A stretch of 64,000 bases of DNA. Origin: Sphaerodactylus townsendi (taxonomy: Eukaryota). The notes beneath the pieces were generated by a model. That model saw only the letters and a program-made list of their open reading frames with translations. It had not been told where the DNA came from and searched no databases. Both the position numbers and the translations under genes were made by a program. Below, piece after piece: positions 50,604 to 63,200 of this stretch; positions within the stretch are counted from its first letter, which is position 1, and every line of letters begins with the position of its first letter. The stretch covers positions 139,934,001 to 139,998,000 of the forward strand of contig NC_059426.1 of assembly GCF_021028975.2 (NCBI RefSeq). The letters are read 5' to 3'.

Positions 50604-53600
50604 TATTAATATGATGTAGAAGTATAATCTTTGTTAATTAAAATATAATCTTTATATATTTAGTATTAAGAGTATTCTGTTAATTAAAACCTCTATGCAT
50701 GTAGAGCTGCCTTTCCCTACCACTTTTAAATCTTAGCTAGCCCTCAAGTAACTGGAGTGAAGGGAAGTGCTTTGCTCTCAGGTGAAGGGAAGTGCTTTGC
50801 TTTCATACTGATTTCTCCTCAACATGAAGTGCAGCAGTTCAGAAAAAGAGTGAGACTGCCAAGACACCCAGAGGAAAGCAAGCAGGCAACAAAAATGAGG
50901 AATAAAATGCTATCTCCGCACTGTGGGCTAGCTGTCCACATGTTGGGATGACAGTGAAGGCTGAAGAGAAGAGTGGAACGTTGTTGGAAACAGTGGGCCC
51001 TTTGCTTCCATCCCAGGTTTAAGGCCCACAGCCAAGATAGGCTTGCAACATAGCCATACTCCAGTACCTCTGGGAGCAGCTGTTTCAAAATGCAAACCAC
51101 CTGCCAGTCATAAGCCCTCCAGGGCAAGGGCCTTGCACATTTTCCTGAAATATTCAATGGGTGCCACACTGATGAGTGACACTTAGAACAGTTACAGGTG
51201 GCATATCAAAAAGCCATGTGTAGCTCCCAAGCCAATTAATGAGTATCATCAGCCTAGATCACTATCTACCATGTTATTCCTTCTTATGATGGCATACTTT
51301 TTTTTTGAAGTGCATAAGGATCTGCATAGAAAATTACTGGAGGAGAAAAATGATTTAGAATAGTTAAGTGACCCCCCAAAATTATTCATTAATTCATTGC
51401 ATTTTAGTCACTGCTCACCCAGAAAGTCTCATGGTAATTTACAACTTCAAAGCAGTATTAATGGAACAACATAAACTCAGATAAAAGTATTAACATTAAA
51501 GTATTAAAATATATGCCTAGCAACATTTCGCTAAAAAACACCAAACTTGATGAAAGGCGTTGAACTAGTTATATTTTGTTGCCAGTGTTTATGAAGGACA
51601 AAAAAAAATTCCTACTTTTAGCCCAAACCTGAAGAATCCTCTAACTTATTCCATGTACATATCATTATAGAATTACTTGTCAAGCCAGAAGCCGCAATCA
51701 AGCTCTTGCTTGCCCCCAAGTGTACCGGTCTTACAATTCAGCTTCAGTTATTATGTCTAATAAAATAAAAATCATGATGTTACGCACTTAGAGCTTCAAT
51801 GCTCCCCCAAGTGGCAACCAGGGAAAGAGAGCAAGGATGGGGATCCTGAACACAATAGTGCCATTAATTGTCTGTTATAGATAACACAGGAAGAAGGTCA
51901 AAGCTACTTTTCCTAACTTTAACTCCATAACCATAATGTCCAGTTCAATCCCCCATGTTAATTAAGATCCTCCTCCCAAGCCCCGATCTATGTCCCCCCG
52001 CCTCTCAGATGTCAGGAGGGTAGCAATCAGAGACAAGGGTGTGTGTGGGTGTGTGGGTGGGTGGCCTATTTTGGGGAGTACTTTAGAGATTTGCCTGGTT
52101 CTTGTTTTGCCATTATATTTATGCGCCATGCAAAAACCTTTCTCTTGTTCCAGGTGTTTAATTGAACAGTTGTCCGTCCTTTTAGTAGATGTTTTTTATG
52201 GCATGAGCTGAGGGCTGTTTTATGAGTACTGTTTTATGTTTCTTGTTCAAAATTGTCTTCTTAGGTTGTTGTGTATTGTTTATGTTGGTATTTCTGTCCA
52301 TAGTGAGCTCCATGCTTGTTTTAATACAATTTTTAAAAGTTTTGGAGTGTGAAATTTGTGAGCTACTTTGAACAGTCTCTGAAGAAGTGGCATATGGATT
52401 TATTATGAAACTACAGCAAAGCTTGAGGGGAGGAGATGCAATGGGCCCTAGCAAATGGTAGCAGAGGAAGCATCTCCCCTGCAATGGGCTTTACTGGGGC
52501 TGTAGCAGGCCCTTCCCCCTGCCCCTGGCACAATGCTTGCCACTTATCTGGTTCTCCGTCTCTCACTTGATAGTGGAGAGGTGTGGCTTGAGTAGGTGGG
52601 AAGGTGAGGAGGGGAAGGGGGGAGAAGAGCCATTTGGTGTGGGGGAAGGGGGGCAAGGTGAGACTTGGGTGGGCGAGGATGGAACGGAGTGGCTTGGGGT
52701 GGGGAGAGGGTTGGAACTAAGTGACGGAATGGTGGGAGCGTCGAAAGGTGAGAATTGGGTGGGGAGTGTTGAAAGATGAGGCTGAGGGTGGGTGGGAAGG
52801 AGTAGTCTAGAGTGGAGTGAGAGTGGAATTGGGATGGCTGGCACAGCCGGAGCGAGGGGGAACTGCCTGGGGCACATATGTGCCCTGCATCCTGCCACAC
52901 CCCTGGCCATGCCCTGGAAGGCCCCCACCATGCCCCCACACCAGTGTGTGCCCGGTGCGTCATCCCCCCCCCCCCCCCGCCCACCCACTTGGCGTTATGT
53001 CACTGATGGCTGGGGATTGGTGAGGAGGCAGGAGGGCTTTGCTGAGCCCACAGAGCAGCTGATCTGCGGCCCGGGCTGGTTTTGGGGGGTAAGAGGGAGG
53101 TGGAAGGGAATGTGTAGCCCATAGATCAGCTGATCTGCAGACCCGGGTGGTTTTGCAGGGTGGAGGGGAGGTTTGAGGTCTTTGGTGGGCTGCTCCGCAG
53201 GACAGACTGGTTGTTGAGGGTGGGGGAGGCTGGAGGAGTTTGCTGGGCCCCAGAGCAGCTGCTCCTCCAACCCAGCCTGGGTATTTGGGATGGGGGAAGG
53301 TGGAAGGGTTCTGCCAGACCCTCCATGGGCCCAGACTGGGTCTTGTGGGTGGAAGGGGAAGCAGAAAGATCAGCTGTTCTGCGGCCTAGGCTGTCTGTTG
53401 GGGGTGAGGGGGCAGGAGGGCTTCTGGGTGCCTGTAGAGCAGTTGTGCCAAGGCGCTGCTACTCCACAGGCAGGCAGGAATCGAATGTTGCCCACTAATG
53501 CAACAGCAGGACTCACTTTGTGAGAGTTGCTCCTCCATTGATCAAGGGTTTGTCATCATGACATTCGATTCCTTAGCATTGTATTGGTTTGGATAATAGG

Positions 53601-53836
53601 CAAGTCTTTTATTGAAAGCTTATTTGGTTCTTCAAATGTGCCTTTTCTGAATTATATTATGGGTTATTTTTAAATTATTAAATTATGTTTAAATTTAATT
53701 ATGTTTAAATGGTTACAGGAACCAGTTGTTACCAAACTACGATTGCTAAGGACAGACACCATGATTTTACTGCGATCAGATGCATACCAAAAGAGAATTC
53801 ATCATGTTCATTTGTGAAATTCTGACTGTATTGCAG

Positions 53837-53966
53837 CTCTGGTGGAAGAAATTCATTCTGCTCAACAGGAACGTGATGAGGCAATAATGGCAAGATTGAA
53901 GTTGGCTAATGAAGAAAGAGATGAAGCATATAAACAAATGAAACTACCGGAGCAATCTTTTGAGCT
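53837..53966 (+). CDS. MIPOL1: MIPOL1 coding exon, 130 nt (ALVEEIHSAQQERDEAIMARLKLANEERDEAYKQMKLPEQSFEL)
   Basis: gtattgcag|CTCTG ... GAGCT|gtacgt. Matches MIPOL1 LVEEVYFAQKERDEAVMSRLQLAIEERDEA; phase 1 in, 2 out. Confidence 0.95.
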
Positions 53967-56949
53967 GTACGTACATATATCCTGCTATACATGAAATGGT
54001 TGTTATTTCTGCAACTGCCTTAGGCAAGAAATTATCTGACATCCTTTTTTTTACATTATAAATATGCACTCTGTATGTATATGCACACATGCAGAGAGAT
54101 TTCCTACTTGGGTCATACATAGGGATAGACTTATGTAGCTTGTTGCTGCTGCAGTTGCTGATACAGCACAGCATTAGTAGGGCTTCCATATTACATAGTT
54201 TGTCTACCCTAGAATCTGGCAGCTGCTACCCCCATGCTACCAGGGCTTTTTGTTGTCGTTGTTGTTTTTAAATCAGCAGTTGAATGTAATTGTAACAGTC
54301 TGTTTGTCTGGTCCTTTAAATACACAGCTTTCCGTTTTTTAGAAAAGAGTACACCTGTAGCACATCTCTTGTGGAGATGTGCCTGTTCCCTTATATCTCC
54401 ACAATGAAAAGGTCAGAAAATTTCTTTTTTTAAAAAAGCATGAAAGCTTGGAATTTTGAGAACCTGATAAACAAATTGTATAATGATTTTCAATAGCAAT
54501 GTAGAAAAACAAAACCCTGCAAAATCCACAGCTTTGCACTCACATAGCAGCCATTTAGGCTTTGCTGTGATTTCCCCAAAACTTACAGCAAAGCACATTT
54601 GGGAAAGATAATTGAAAAGCTGGGGAAAACCCCAGGGGGTCAATGTCTGCACCACAGTTGGGGTTGCCATCTCAGCACTAGCAACTGGCAGAAGCTTTAT
54701 TGGGCTGAGGACATGGAAATGGTTATGGAACCCATCACATCACTTCCAGTGTGAACCTGGAAGTAACATCATTGTGTTGGTTGTAAAGGGAAATTACACT
54801 ATGGCATCAACACCACATCTATCCCTTCCCCATTGTGTTAAATATGAATGTGGGTTACATTTATGTTACTCTGGGCAACAGGAGTTTCGTAAATAGTTCA
54901 CTGACTTATTTCTTAACATTTGTATTATTGATGGAGGGGTTTTTTTGTATCAGGAGCCATTTTTGCTCCTGAGACAGAAATCAAGGTGGATGTTAGGGCA
55001 GAAAAAAACCTGCCTATTGATTTTATTCAGGCATAAATCAGGGGAGTGTGACATTTCATATAAGGGTTCAGTGCTTGGACTACAAGGCTGTCGTTCAGAA
55101 GTTTCACTGTATAGAAAATCAATCAGACCTTCGTGGCAGAAGACATTTTCCATCAGAAAAAAATGCTTATTAAGAAGCAGCATCAAATCCTATGCTATCC
55201 TCTTCCACAACATCCTCTGTAAATTGAAAACATTAAAAAAATTAAATTGAATTGTTTCTTTGAAATAGCATATATTTCACAATGGGGTTATAAAGTGAAA
55301 TTCACTGTTTATCATACCACTCACTATTTGCTGTTTGTCATTCTTGTTCAGTGCACATAAAATATTGTGAACATAAAATATAAAAAGGTGGAGACCATTC
55401 AGCTCATTTTTCTATAAGTGCTGGAAACCAACAACTTTTCAAACTCTAAAGCAGATCATATAGCCATGCTTATTAGTTATTTGCCGTCACCACTGTGTCA
55501 CAGCTTGGACATATAAAATTGTTACCCGATATTGTAGAAACTTATTTTCAAGTGTATTCCATGCTCACTGTTGAAAAAAAAGGAATTATCATTTGAGTAG
55601 CTGCTTATTTCACGCACCATTACTTTTTTTCTTTCGGCCCTGTGGGAGTGATCTGCAGGAAACCTTTATATAAGCTAGGCATCGATTATAGAAAGGAGGC
55701 TCAAAAAAAGTTTTAAACCGTTTTATGTATTTATATGCGGTATTTTTAGGCCAGATTTATCCATATACCGAATTTAAGGTAGCTAATGTTAAATGTCTTA
55801 CTGCCCCAATCTACAAGGCTCCAGTGTTTGGGGATGGTGCCACTACCTCCAGAGGGCTTTCAGGTGGCATGGGGAGGCAGCAAAAAAGAATACCCCCCCC
55901 CCCGCCACCTGAAAAGGCCTCCATAGGACTCAATGTAAGTCCTAGGTCAATGTTCCTAGCTCAAAAGCCCAAGCGGAAGCTGACTGATGTTGGCTCCAGC
56001 CCTAGAAACACCCGGGCCCACTCCCCTGCCATGCCAGCATCCACTTGGATGCTAACATAACTCAATGGCAGCATAACTTTGCAAGGGTGACCTTTGCTTG
56101 GTTTGGCCGCTTGGGAATACCTGGATGGGGTACCTGGATGCCACTATCTTTGCCCTCTAAGCTGGTGTGGGTGCCCCTTATGTCAGCGGAGAGGTTGAAT
56201 TCGAAGCACAGCATGGCCATACTAAAAAAAGATACAAGTGGAAGGATTTTTAAAATGAACGTCTGCAACTCAAAGGATGGATGTGATATCATTTCTCTAT
56301 TCTAAAGATCATGCAAACAGAAGAAAGCAGATGCCAATGGGACAAGCTGTATCCATCATGTTCTTTAAACTGTTGGCTTTGGTGTCCTGTGTCAGAAGGT
56401 GCCATTGGAAGAAGATCCGATAAAACTATTTCTGTGTAGGTTTTTTTAACCTCATATAACTAGGTTGAGGATGGTATGTCTTCCTTACTCCTGGCATCTT
56501 TCTTGTTAAAATAGGGAAGCATCCAGCATACAGAACAGAGAGGTTACACATGTATTTCCAAGGTCCTTTCCTACACAACTCTCATATGATACACCTGTTC
56601 CAGAAAATTAGAAAATTTTCAAAATTATCTTGAAATTCAGCAAAAAAAGCTACAATCAAAAGACAAATCCCGCCCCCCCGTCCCCATTTTTCACTACTGT
56701 TACAGAGTTAGTACAGTATTGGTACATTTATAGTTGTCAGAATTATTTTCCAAGTTTAGATGAGAACCAAAGAAAAACAGTTTTCATAAAAATGAGTATG
56801 GCTGTTGTGTCATGGTTTCAGAACTGAGGGATAGAGACCCCCTTAACTTGACTCCATACAATCACCTTCCGGGGGGTGGGGGGTGGACTTTTCAGATAAA
56901 GTTTTGTCTGATTTTCTGACCTTCTGTTCAGAATTAGAAGTTTTGTCTG

Positions 56950-57038
56950 GTGCAAGGCTAAACAAATTTACTTGGAAGTAAGATCCATTGAAGGCAGTGA
57001 AGCTTACTTCCAAGTAAATATGTTTAGGATCGGAGTGC
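56950..57038. repeat. Short palindromic MITE
   Basis: Arms ctaaacaaatttacttggaagtaag ... cttacttccaagtaaatatgtttag. More decayed relatives at about 13515-13600, 61465-61540 and 62225-62310. Confidence 0.6.
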
Positions 57039-57233
57039 TAATGTGTTCTTTCATTTAGGAATGCAACAAACAAAACTAAAATACATAATTTCAGATGAAA
57101 CGTGTAAGTCCAGAAATAAATAAATATAAGTGCCTGCGCTCTCCTGTCGCTGGGGGCCTTTCTTCATCTAAGCACATATGAACAATTGATCCTTGTAGTC
57201 ATGTGTAGTAGTAAACATTAATAACTTAACATT

Positions 57234-57709
57234 NNNNNNNNNNNNNNNNNNNNNNNNNNNNNNNNNNNNNNNNNNNNNNNNNNNNNNNNNNNNNNNNNNN
57301 NNNNNNNNNNNNNNNNNNNNNNNNNNNNNNNNNNNNNNNNNNNNNNNNNNNNNNNNNNNNNNNNNNNNNNNNNNNNNNNNNNNNNNNNNNNNNNNNNNNN
57401 NNNNNNNNNNNNNTCTGNNNNNNNNNNNNNNNNNNNNNNNNNNNNNNNNNNNNNNNNNNNNNNNNNNNNNNNNNNNNNNNNNNNNNNNNNNNNNNNNNNN
57501 NNNNNNNNNNNNNNNNNNNNNNNNNNNNNNNNNNNNNNNNNNNNNNNNNNNNNNNNNNNNNNNNNNNNNNNNNNNNNNNNNNNNNNNNNNNNNNNNNNNN
57601 NNNNNNNNNNNNNNNNNNNNNNNNNNNNNNNNNNNNNNNNNNNNNNNNNNNNNNNNNNNNNNNNNNNNNNNNNNNNNNNNNNNNNNNNNNNNNNNNNNNN
57701 NNNNNNNNN
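57234..57709. other. Assembly gap containing a 4-nt island (tctg, 57414-57417)
   Basis: N run. Other gaps: 3559-3690, 5622-5881, 7594-7750, 20046-20345, 31962-32100, 35984-36137, 41842-41989. Confidence 0.98.
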
Positions 57710-57726
57710 TATAATGCTGTTGGTAG

Positions 57727-57897
57727 ACATTACAGGAATTACTGAACAGAATAAACAATGCAGACACTGGGATGGCTATACGAAGGACTGGAGCTGTAAT
57801 TGTCGAACGAATATACAGGACTCAGGAACGCAAAAAGAAAATAATGGCTGAAGAAATGAATGCAGTCATAGAAGAACGAGATGCTGCTTTGGCGCAA
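57727..57897 (+). CDS. MIPOL1: MIPOL1 coding exon, 171 nt, intact copy (TLQELLNRINNADTGMAIRRTGAVIVERIYRTQERKKKIMAEEMNAVIEERDAALAQ)
   Basis: tgttggtag|ACA ... CAA|gtaagt. Strong match to MIPOL1 TLQELLNRINNADTG...EERDAAL. Confidence 0.95.
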
Positions 57898-58351
57898 GTA
57901 AGTCCATGTTATTTTGTAAAAGCTTCACTGGTAGACACTCCCCTCCCCTTCTCTTCATTTTTGGAAAATGAATTGTTTTTCTGTTGAACATACAACTTTT
58001 TTGAAAACTTTCATACACACAAATCTATTCTAGGAATTACTGCAGAGAAGTAATAGAAATATATAAAGACACTGTTCAAAATAATTATATTTTTATGATG
58101 TGTGATATTGCAATATTGGAAAATACATTGGCATAATTGAAAAAAATAGAGAAAGAATCACAATCCAAATGTAATCCTTGAGGTAAAAATCAAGTTCCAG
58201 TGGGCTAACCCTAACCATTACCTCTCTTCTGCTATCAGACTGCCTCAGGTTGAAGACTTATACACTTCTTTCAAACAAAACCTTAATTACAAGTTGACCA
58301 AAGGCTTTGAAATCCCTTTCTTTTCTTATATCCCCTAAAATGGGATATTAT

Positions 58352-58744
58352 CAGTGGTGGGATCCAAAAATTTTAGTAACAGGTTCCCATGGTGGTGGGA
58401 TTCAAACTGTGGCGTAGCGCCAATGGGGCTGGGCGGGACACGACGAGGGTGTGGCCGGGCATTCCAAGGGCAGGGCATTCCTGGGCGGGGCTGTGGCAAG
58501 GACGCAGCCCCTGCGCCAGTCCTTGGGAAGGAAATGAATGCACGCAGGCGCAGGCTGTCATGCACACTGGTGCACCTCCTGCTAGAGTGCTTCAAGTTCT
58601 GTGTGCTACTGCTGAGAGGAGGGGCGTAACTAAGGCAAAAATCATGTGGCAAAATCACCAATTAGTAACCCCCCTCTCAGTACACACAAATAATTAGTAA
58701 CCTACTCTCGGGAACCTGTGAGAACCTGCTGGATCCCACCTCTG
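58352..58744. mobile_element. hAT non-autonomous element, copy 1
   Basis: TIRs cagtggtgggatcca ... tggatcccacctctg and perfect 8-bp TSD gatattat. Confidence 0.9.
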
Positions 58745-58857
58745 GATATTATTTGTATATTGTCTCTTTGGGGGCCTACCACATAGCTGGAAATAACTTA
58801 GCAATGCTTGAAATTAAGCTCCAGTCTCGCTTTCTGTGTCCCTCTTCTCTTTTCTAG

Positions 58858-58894
58858 GCTTAGAAAATATTAACTCTGGAAGAAAAATGACATG
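58858..58894 (+). pseudogene. MIPOL1: MIPOL1 micro-exon (LENINSEENDM type), damaged copy: 37 nt instead of the expected 34
   Basis: Strong acceptor (cctcttctcttttctag) and donor (ATG|gtaagc). Removing three single bases from short homopolymers (tt, gg, aaaaa) restores L-E-N-I-N-S-E-E-N-D-M. As written it reads into TAA. Confidence 0.8.
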
Positions 58895-59182
58895 GTAAGC
58901 CATTCTCTGAGGAGATTTCTTGATGTCAGTCTTGAGTATCTTAGAGGCTTAAGTTCCAATTGGAGTGGGTTTCAGTGAACTCAAGATGTGGGAAAAAGAA
59001 GAATTGACATACACTTAATAATGTAGCATCTTTGAAGCCACAGTATGCGAAAATTCAATAACTTCTACTTCCAGTCACCCATTTACATACAATCTCACAT
59101 GCCGTGCCCATTAATTAAAACCCTATATTAAATAAAATATATTAAAACTTCTTGTCTGACTAACATATAATGCTGTTGGTAG

Positions 59183-59352
59183 ACATTACAGGAATTACTG
59201 AACAGAATAAACAATGCAGACACTGGGATGGCTATACGAAGGACTGGAGCTGTAATTGTCTAACTAATATACAGGACTCAGGAACGCAAAAAGAAAATAA
59301 TGGCTGAAGAAATGAATGCAGTCATAGAAGAACGAGATGCTGCTTTGGCTAA
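59183..59352 (+). pseudogene. MIPOL1: Second, damaged copy of the 171-nt MIPOL1 exon
   Basis: Near-identical to 57727-57897, but GAA CGA reads TAA CTA (in-frame stop) and 1 nt is missing before the donor. Confidence 0.85.
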
Positions 59353-59805
59353 GTAAGTCCATGTTATTTTGTAAAAAGCTTCACTGGTAGACACTCCCCT
59401 CCCCTTCTCTTCATTTTGAAAATGAATTGTTTTTCTGTTGAACATACAACTTTTTTTGAAAACTTTCATACACACAAATCTATTCTAGGAATTACTGCAG
59501 AGAAGTAATAGAAATATATAAAGACACTGTTCAAAATAATTATATTTTTATGATGTGTGATATTGCAATATTGGAAAATACATTGGCATAATTGAAAAAA
59601 TAGAGAAAGAATCACAATCCAAATGTAATCCTTGAGGTAAAAATCAAGTTCCAGTGGGCTAACCCTAACCATTACCTCTCTTCTGCTATCAGACTGCCTC
59701 AGGTTGAAGACTTATACACTTCTTTCAAACAAAACCTTAATTACAAGTTGACCAAAGGCTTTGAAATCCCTTTCTTTTCTTATATCCCCTAAAATGGGAT
59801 ATTAT

Positions 59806-60201
59806 CAGTGGTGGGATCCAAAAATTTTAGTAACAGGTTCCCATCGTAGTGGATTCAAACTGTATGCGTAGGGCCAATGGGGCTACGGGACACGCATCTT
59901 TTAGGGTGTGGCCGGGCATTCCAAGGGCAGGGCATTCCTGGGCGGGGCTGTGGCAAGGACGCAGCCCCTGCGCCAGTCCTTGGGAAGGAAATGAATGCAC
60001 GCAGGCGCAGGCTGTCATGCACACTGGTGCACCTCCTGCTAGAGTGCTTCAAGTTCTGTGTGCTACTGCTGAGAGGAGGGGCGTAACTAAGGCAAAAATC
60101 ATGTGGCAAAATCACCAATTAGTAACCCCCCTCTCAGTACACACAAATAATTAGTAACCTACTCTCGGGAACCTGTGAGAACCTGCTGGATCCCACCTCT
60201 G
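59806..60201. mobile_element. hAT non-autonomous element, copy 2 (part of the tandem duplication)
   Basis: Same TIRs and same TSD gatattat as 58352-58744, so it was duplicated with its flanks rather than inserted independently. Confidence 0.88.
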
Positions 60202-63200
60202 GATATTATTTGTATATTGTCTCTTTGGGGGCCTACCACATAGCTGGAAATAACTTAGCAATGCTTGAAATTAAGCTCCAGTCCCCCCCCCCCCCCCCAC
60301 TGCTGCTGGCCAGACTGTCAGAAAGGTAGGATGTTCATGTTACATGACATTTGATCCCTATGCACAATTGATTGGAACTATTTCCCAAAATTCCCTCTTT
60401 TTAAAAATAGAAATAAAATATCTCTTAAAAAGAAACATGGGTTATACATGAATGCCATGGTATACCACTTTATCAAAAAAGAATATTGACATGATAATGT
60501 CTCATCATAGCAAGTTTTGCAGTGGTTTATCAATTTGCAAATATACTTTAATAATGTAAAGAGACAATGATGGAAGTCAGTTGACAGGTGCAACAAACTG
60601 TGCTCCAGTTCCAGTCTTTGTTTTAGGAATCCACTGTAAACTGAAATGAAAGAACAAAGGAAAGCAATATAATGTGTAATTCTGGAAAACTAAAGGAACA
60701 GAGTGAGGAGCTGCCCTAGAGTAGGAGAGAGTCTTCCACTTGTACAATGAAATCCTTTAAAGGAATCTAAATACTAGATGTCATTTCCTAGATGCCCGTA
60801 ATATGAGTTCAGGTCATTTTCACGCACATGGGTGTGTGTGTGTGATATGAGATTTCTTCCATTCTGAAGCCCCCTCAAAAAGCACTCTGGAAAATTTGCA
60901 TGGGATGCCACAGTCCTCTTCAAAAGGGGGAGCTATAGTATCCAGTTCCTCTGTACATTAGCCCCTTGTGTTATATGTCCTGTTTTTTCTGGAGAGTCCC
61001 TTGCCCTCAGTAGTGGTTTCCTGTGAGGCCGGAGAATCGGGGGGGGGGGGGGGGGTGAATGCTTTTATTCAAGGGAGTTCATATCCAACACTATGAAGAT
61101 ACTGTACCAGACTGATATTTATTTATTTCTAGGCTGCCTTGCAACCAAAGTTTGAGATGGTTCAAAGATAAAATACATTATGGAAAAATAGACACCTAGC
61201 ATTACAAAAATCTGTTTGAAACTCTTGCTATCAGTTCCTTTGTGTTTTTCTAGTATAAAGCACCCGCAGTAGAATCATATTTTTGGAACTTTTCCTTACA
61301 TATCTTATTTTTAAAACAGAACACTGAAACTAAGAGAGAAGATGTCAACAAACGAAGAGGGGATTTTTATGTTTGGTTTGTGGCAATTTTGATTTGTTCA
61401 CTATTTCTATCGCAATGTGCTCTTCAATGATATTTGTGAAATTTATCTTTTTAACAATGTGCAGTGTCTGTGCAGAATAACTTCAGCCAAAGCCCACTAA
61501 AATCAATGGGTTCTGGAATAGTTCTACATAGAATTGCATAGCTTTGCTTTAAGTTATGGATTCCTCCTCCATTTGTTTAACTGTATTGCTCCTGGCACCT
61601 ACCTTATACCAATGTCACTGCAGCACATGGATCAAGTTTCAAGTAGATAGTGTGGGCCATAAAATGCCACTTTTATCTTAAGTGTAGTGCACTACAAATA
61701 TTTGATTCCCAGCAGTACTAGTCTACTTGATACACATTCTGCTTCAGAATGAGATGCACTTTATTGACTTCTCAGTTGTACAAAGCCAAACTAATGTTAT
61801 GTACCTAGCACTGGGTCTCTCAAAATCTAGAAATTAGATAAATATATAAATATAAACTCTGGTTTCCATTTCTGCTTTAATTGCTCTTCAGAGGCATTTA
61901 CCAAGTGAGGATAATTTTAGCTACCTCATAGGTGACCTGAAAAAAATGAAGGGGGATTTATCCCTTGACTGAGGAAAAAGATGAAGCCCCTGTGTTTGAA
62001 TGGAATGCTGTTGATTGTGCTGATTCTTCTGTGGTGAATTGGTTTGAACTGGCTGTTCTGCTTTGAGGACTTCTGTCCTTAATGGCCAAGAACACTTGCT
62101 GGCCTTGGCATTTGTTCCTCCAAGAACAGAATCTGCAAAATAAGACACCCGTTTGCCTGCAGTGTGAGAGAAATAAGCTTTTCACAAGGATAGATGATGA
62201 TAAATGAACCAAAAATTGAGAACAGATTCACCCTCATGTAGACTTACACAGTGAAGGCCCATTGAAACCAGTGGACTTAGAGTAAAGTAACTCTGCATAG
62301 GTTTGTGCTGATTGTGTGTGTGTTTTAGTGCAAATTGGTGGTGCTTGCCTGTGGAAGCATAAACAGTGCCTGTAGAAGCATAAACGGTTTAGTGGTTTGG
62401 AGGAAGCTCATAGATATCTTGCCTTCAAATAAAAGCCCATGTTTAAATATAATTCCCTTTGGTTGCCTTCCTAAGATTGCTGCATGACGTCTGACAAGTT
62501 AGCATAGGTTACTTACAATCATGTTCCATTTGGATACTGATTCTTAAGCCCTGTTACCTGCCAGCAAAAGGGCCCCAGAATCACATGATGTTGGTTGAGG
62601 CTGTCATAGGGTTGTGCTGGCATCTATAATTCCAGTAGTTTCTTGAAGTTCATGGGAAATGTGTAGTAACAGAGGCTGTCAGACTGTCCCTTGGATAGAC
62701 CACGATCTCAACCATGGATCCTCTGGAATCAAAGTGCCTGATCATAGAATATGACTGTTAGGAAGAAAATAAAACCTTTACAAGCCACACAACTGTAATT
62801 ATTTGGTTTGCACAGACAGTAATTAATATTCTTTGAAAGTAATTGTATAATAATTGTTTGTCATCTTTGAATATGCAGCTATAGGTTAGCAGTCTGTATT
62901 TTAGAAAGTCTATAAAGTGTGGTTGGCATTCTTTTGTTGTTACATTTTAATTATGCCATAATAAGCATGCACTTGTGCACTTGCATATCTTAAATCCTAA
63001 TTTTATTTGAAATTAGTTCTATTGAAATACTTTAAAAGTGGGTGAGTTCTCAGAACAGAGAGTCAGGAAGGTTCTAGCAGAGCCCCAGGCAGTTATATAT
63101 GCATTTGTTATATGAAATTTTAAACATAACTGGTGTCTTTACAGAATGATGGGCATTATTATCACTGGGATGAATGGTACTTGTGTTTGCAATCTGAGAT

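Larger units (their letters stand above)
57710..60283. repeat. Tandem duplication: 57710-58826 repeated at 59166-60283 (offset about 1456 bp)
   Basis: Direct comparison shows exon, intron and the hAT insertion all present twice. Copy 2 ends at a poly-C run; copy 1 begins at an N gap. Confidence 0.95.

Noticed and set aside
52411-53523. Many overlapping Pro/Gly-rich ORFs
   Set aside because: Low-complexity, G-rich decayed repeat with no domain signal.
54945-55250. 101-aa ORF with an antisense ORF
   Set aside because: No recognisable protein and no clear donor; more plausibly non-coding.
3487-57767. ORFs containing long X runs
   Set aside because: Artefacts of translating through N gaps.
62329-62487. 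Acceptor followed by TGC AAA, like the start of the next MIPOL1 exon (CKRLEQEL...)
   Set aside because: The translation CKLVVLACGS... does not match; the true next exon must lie beyond the window.
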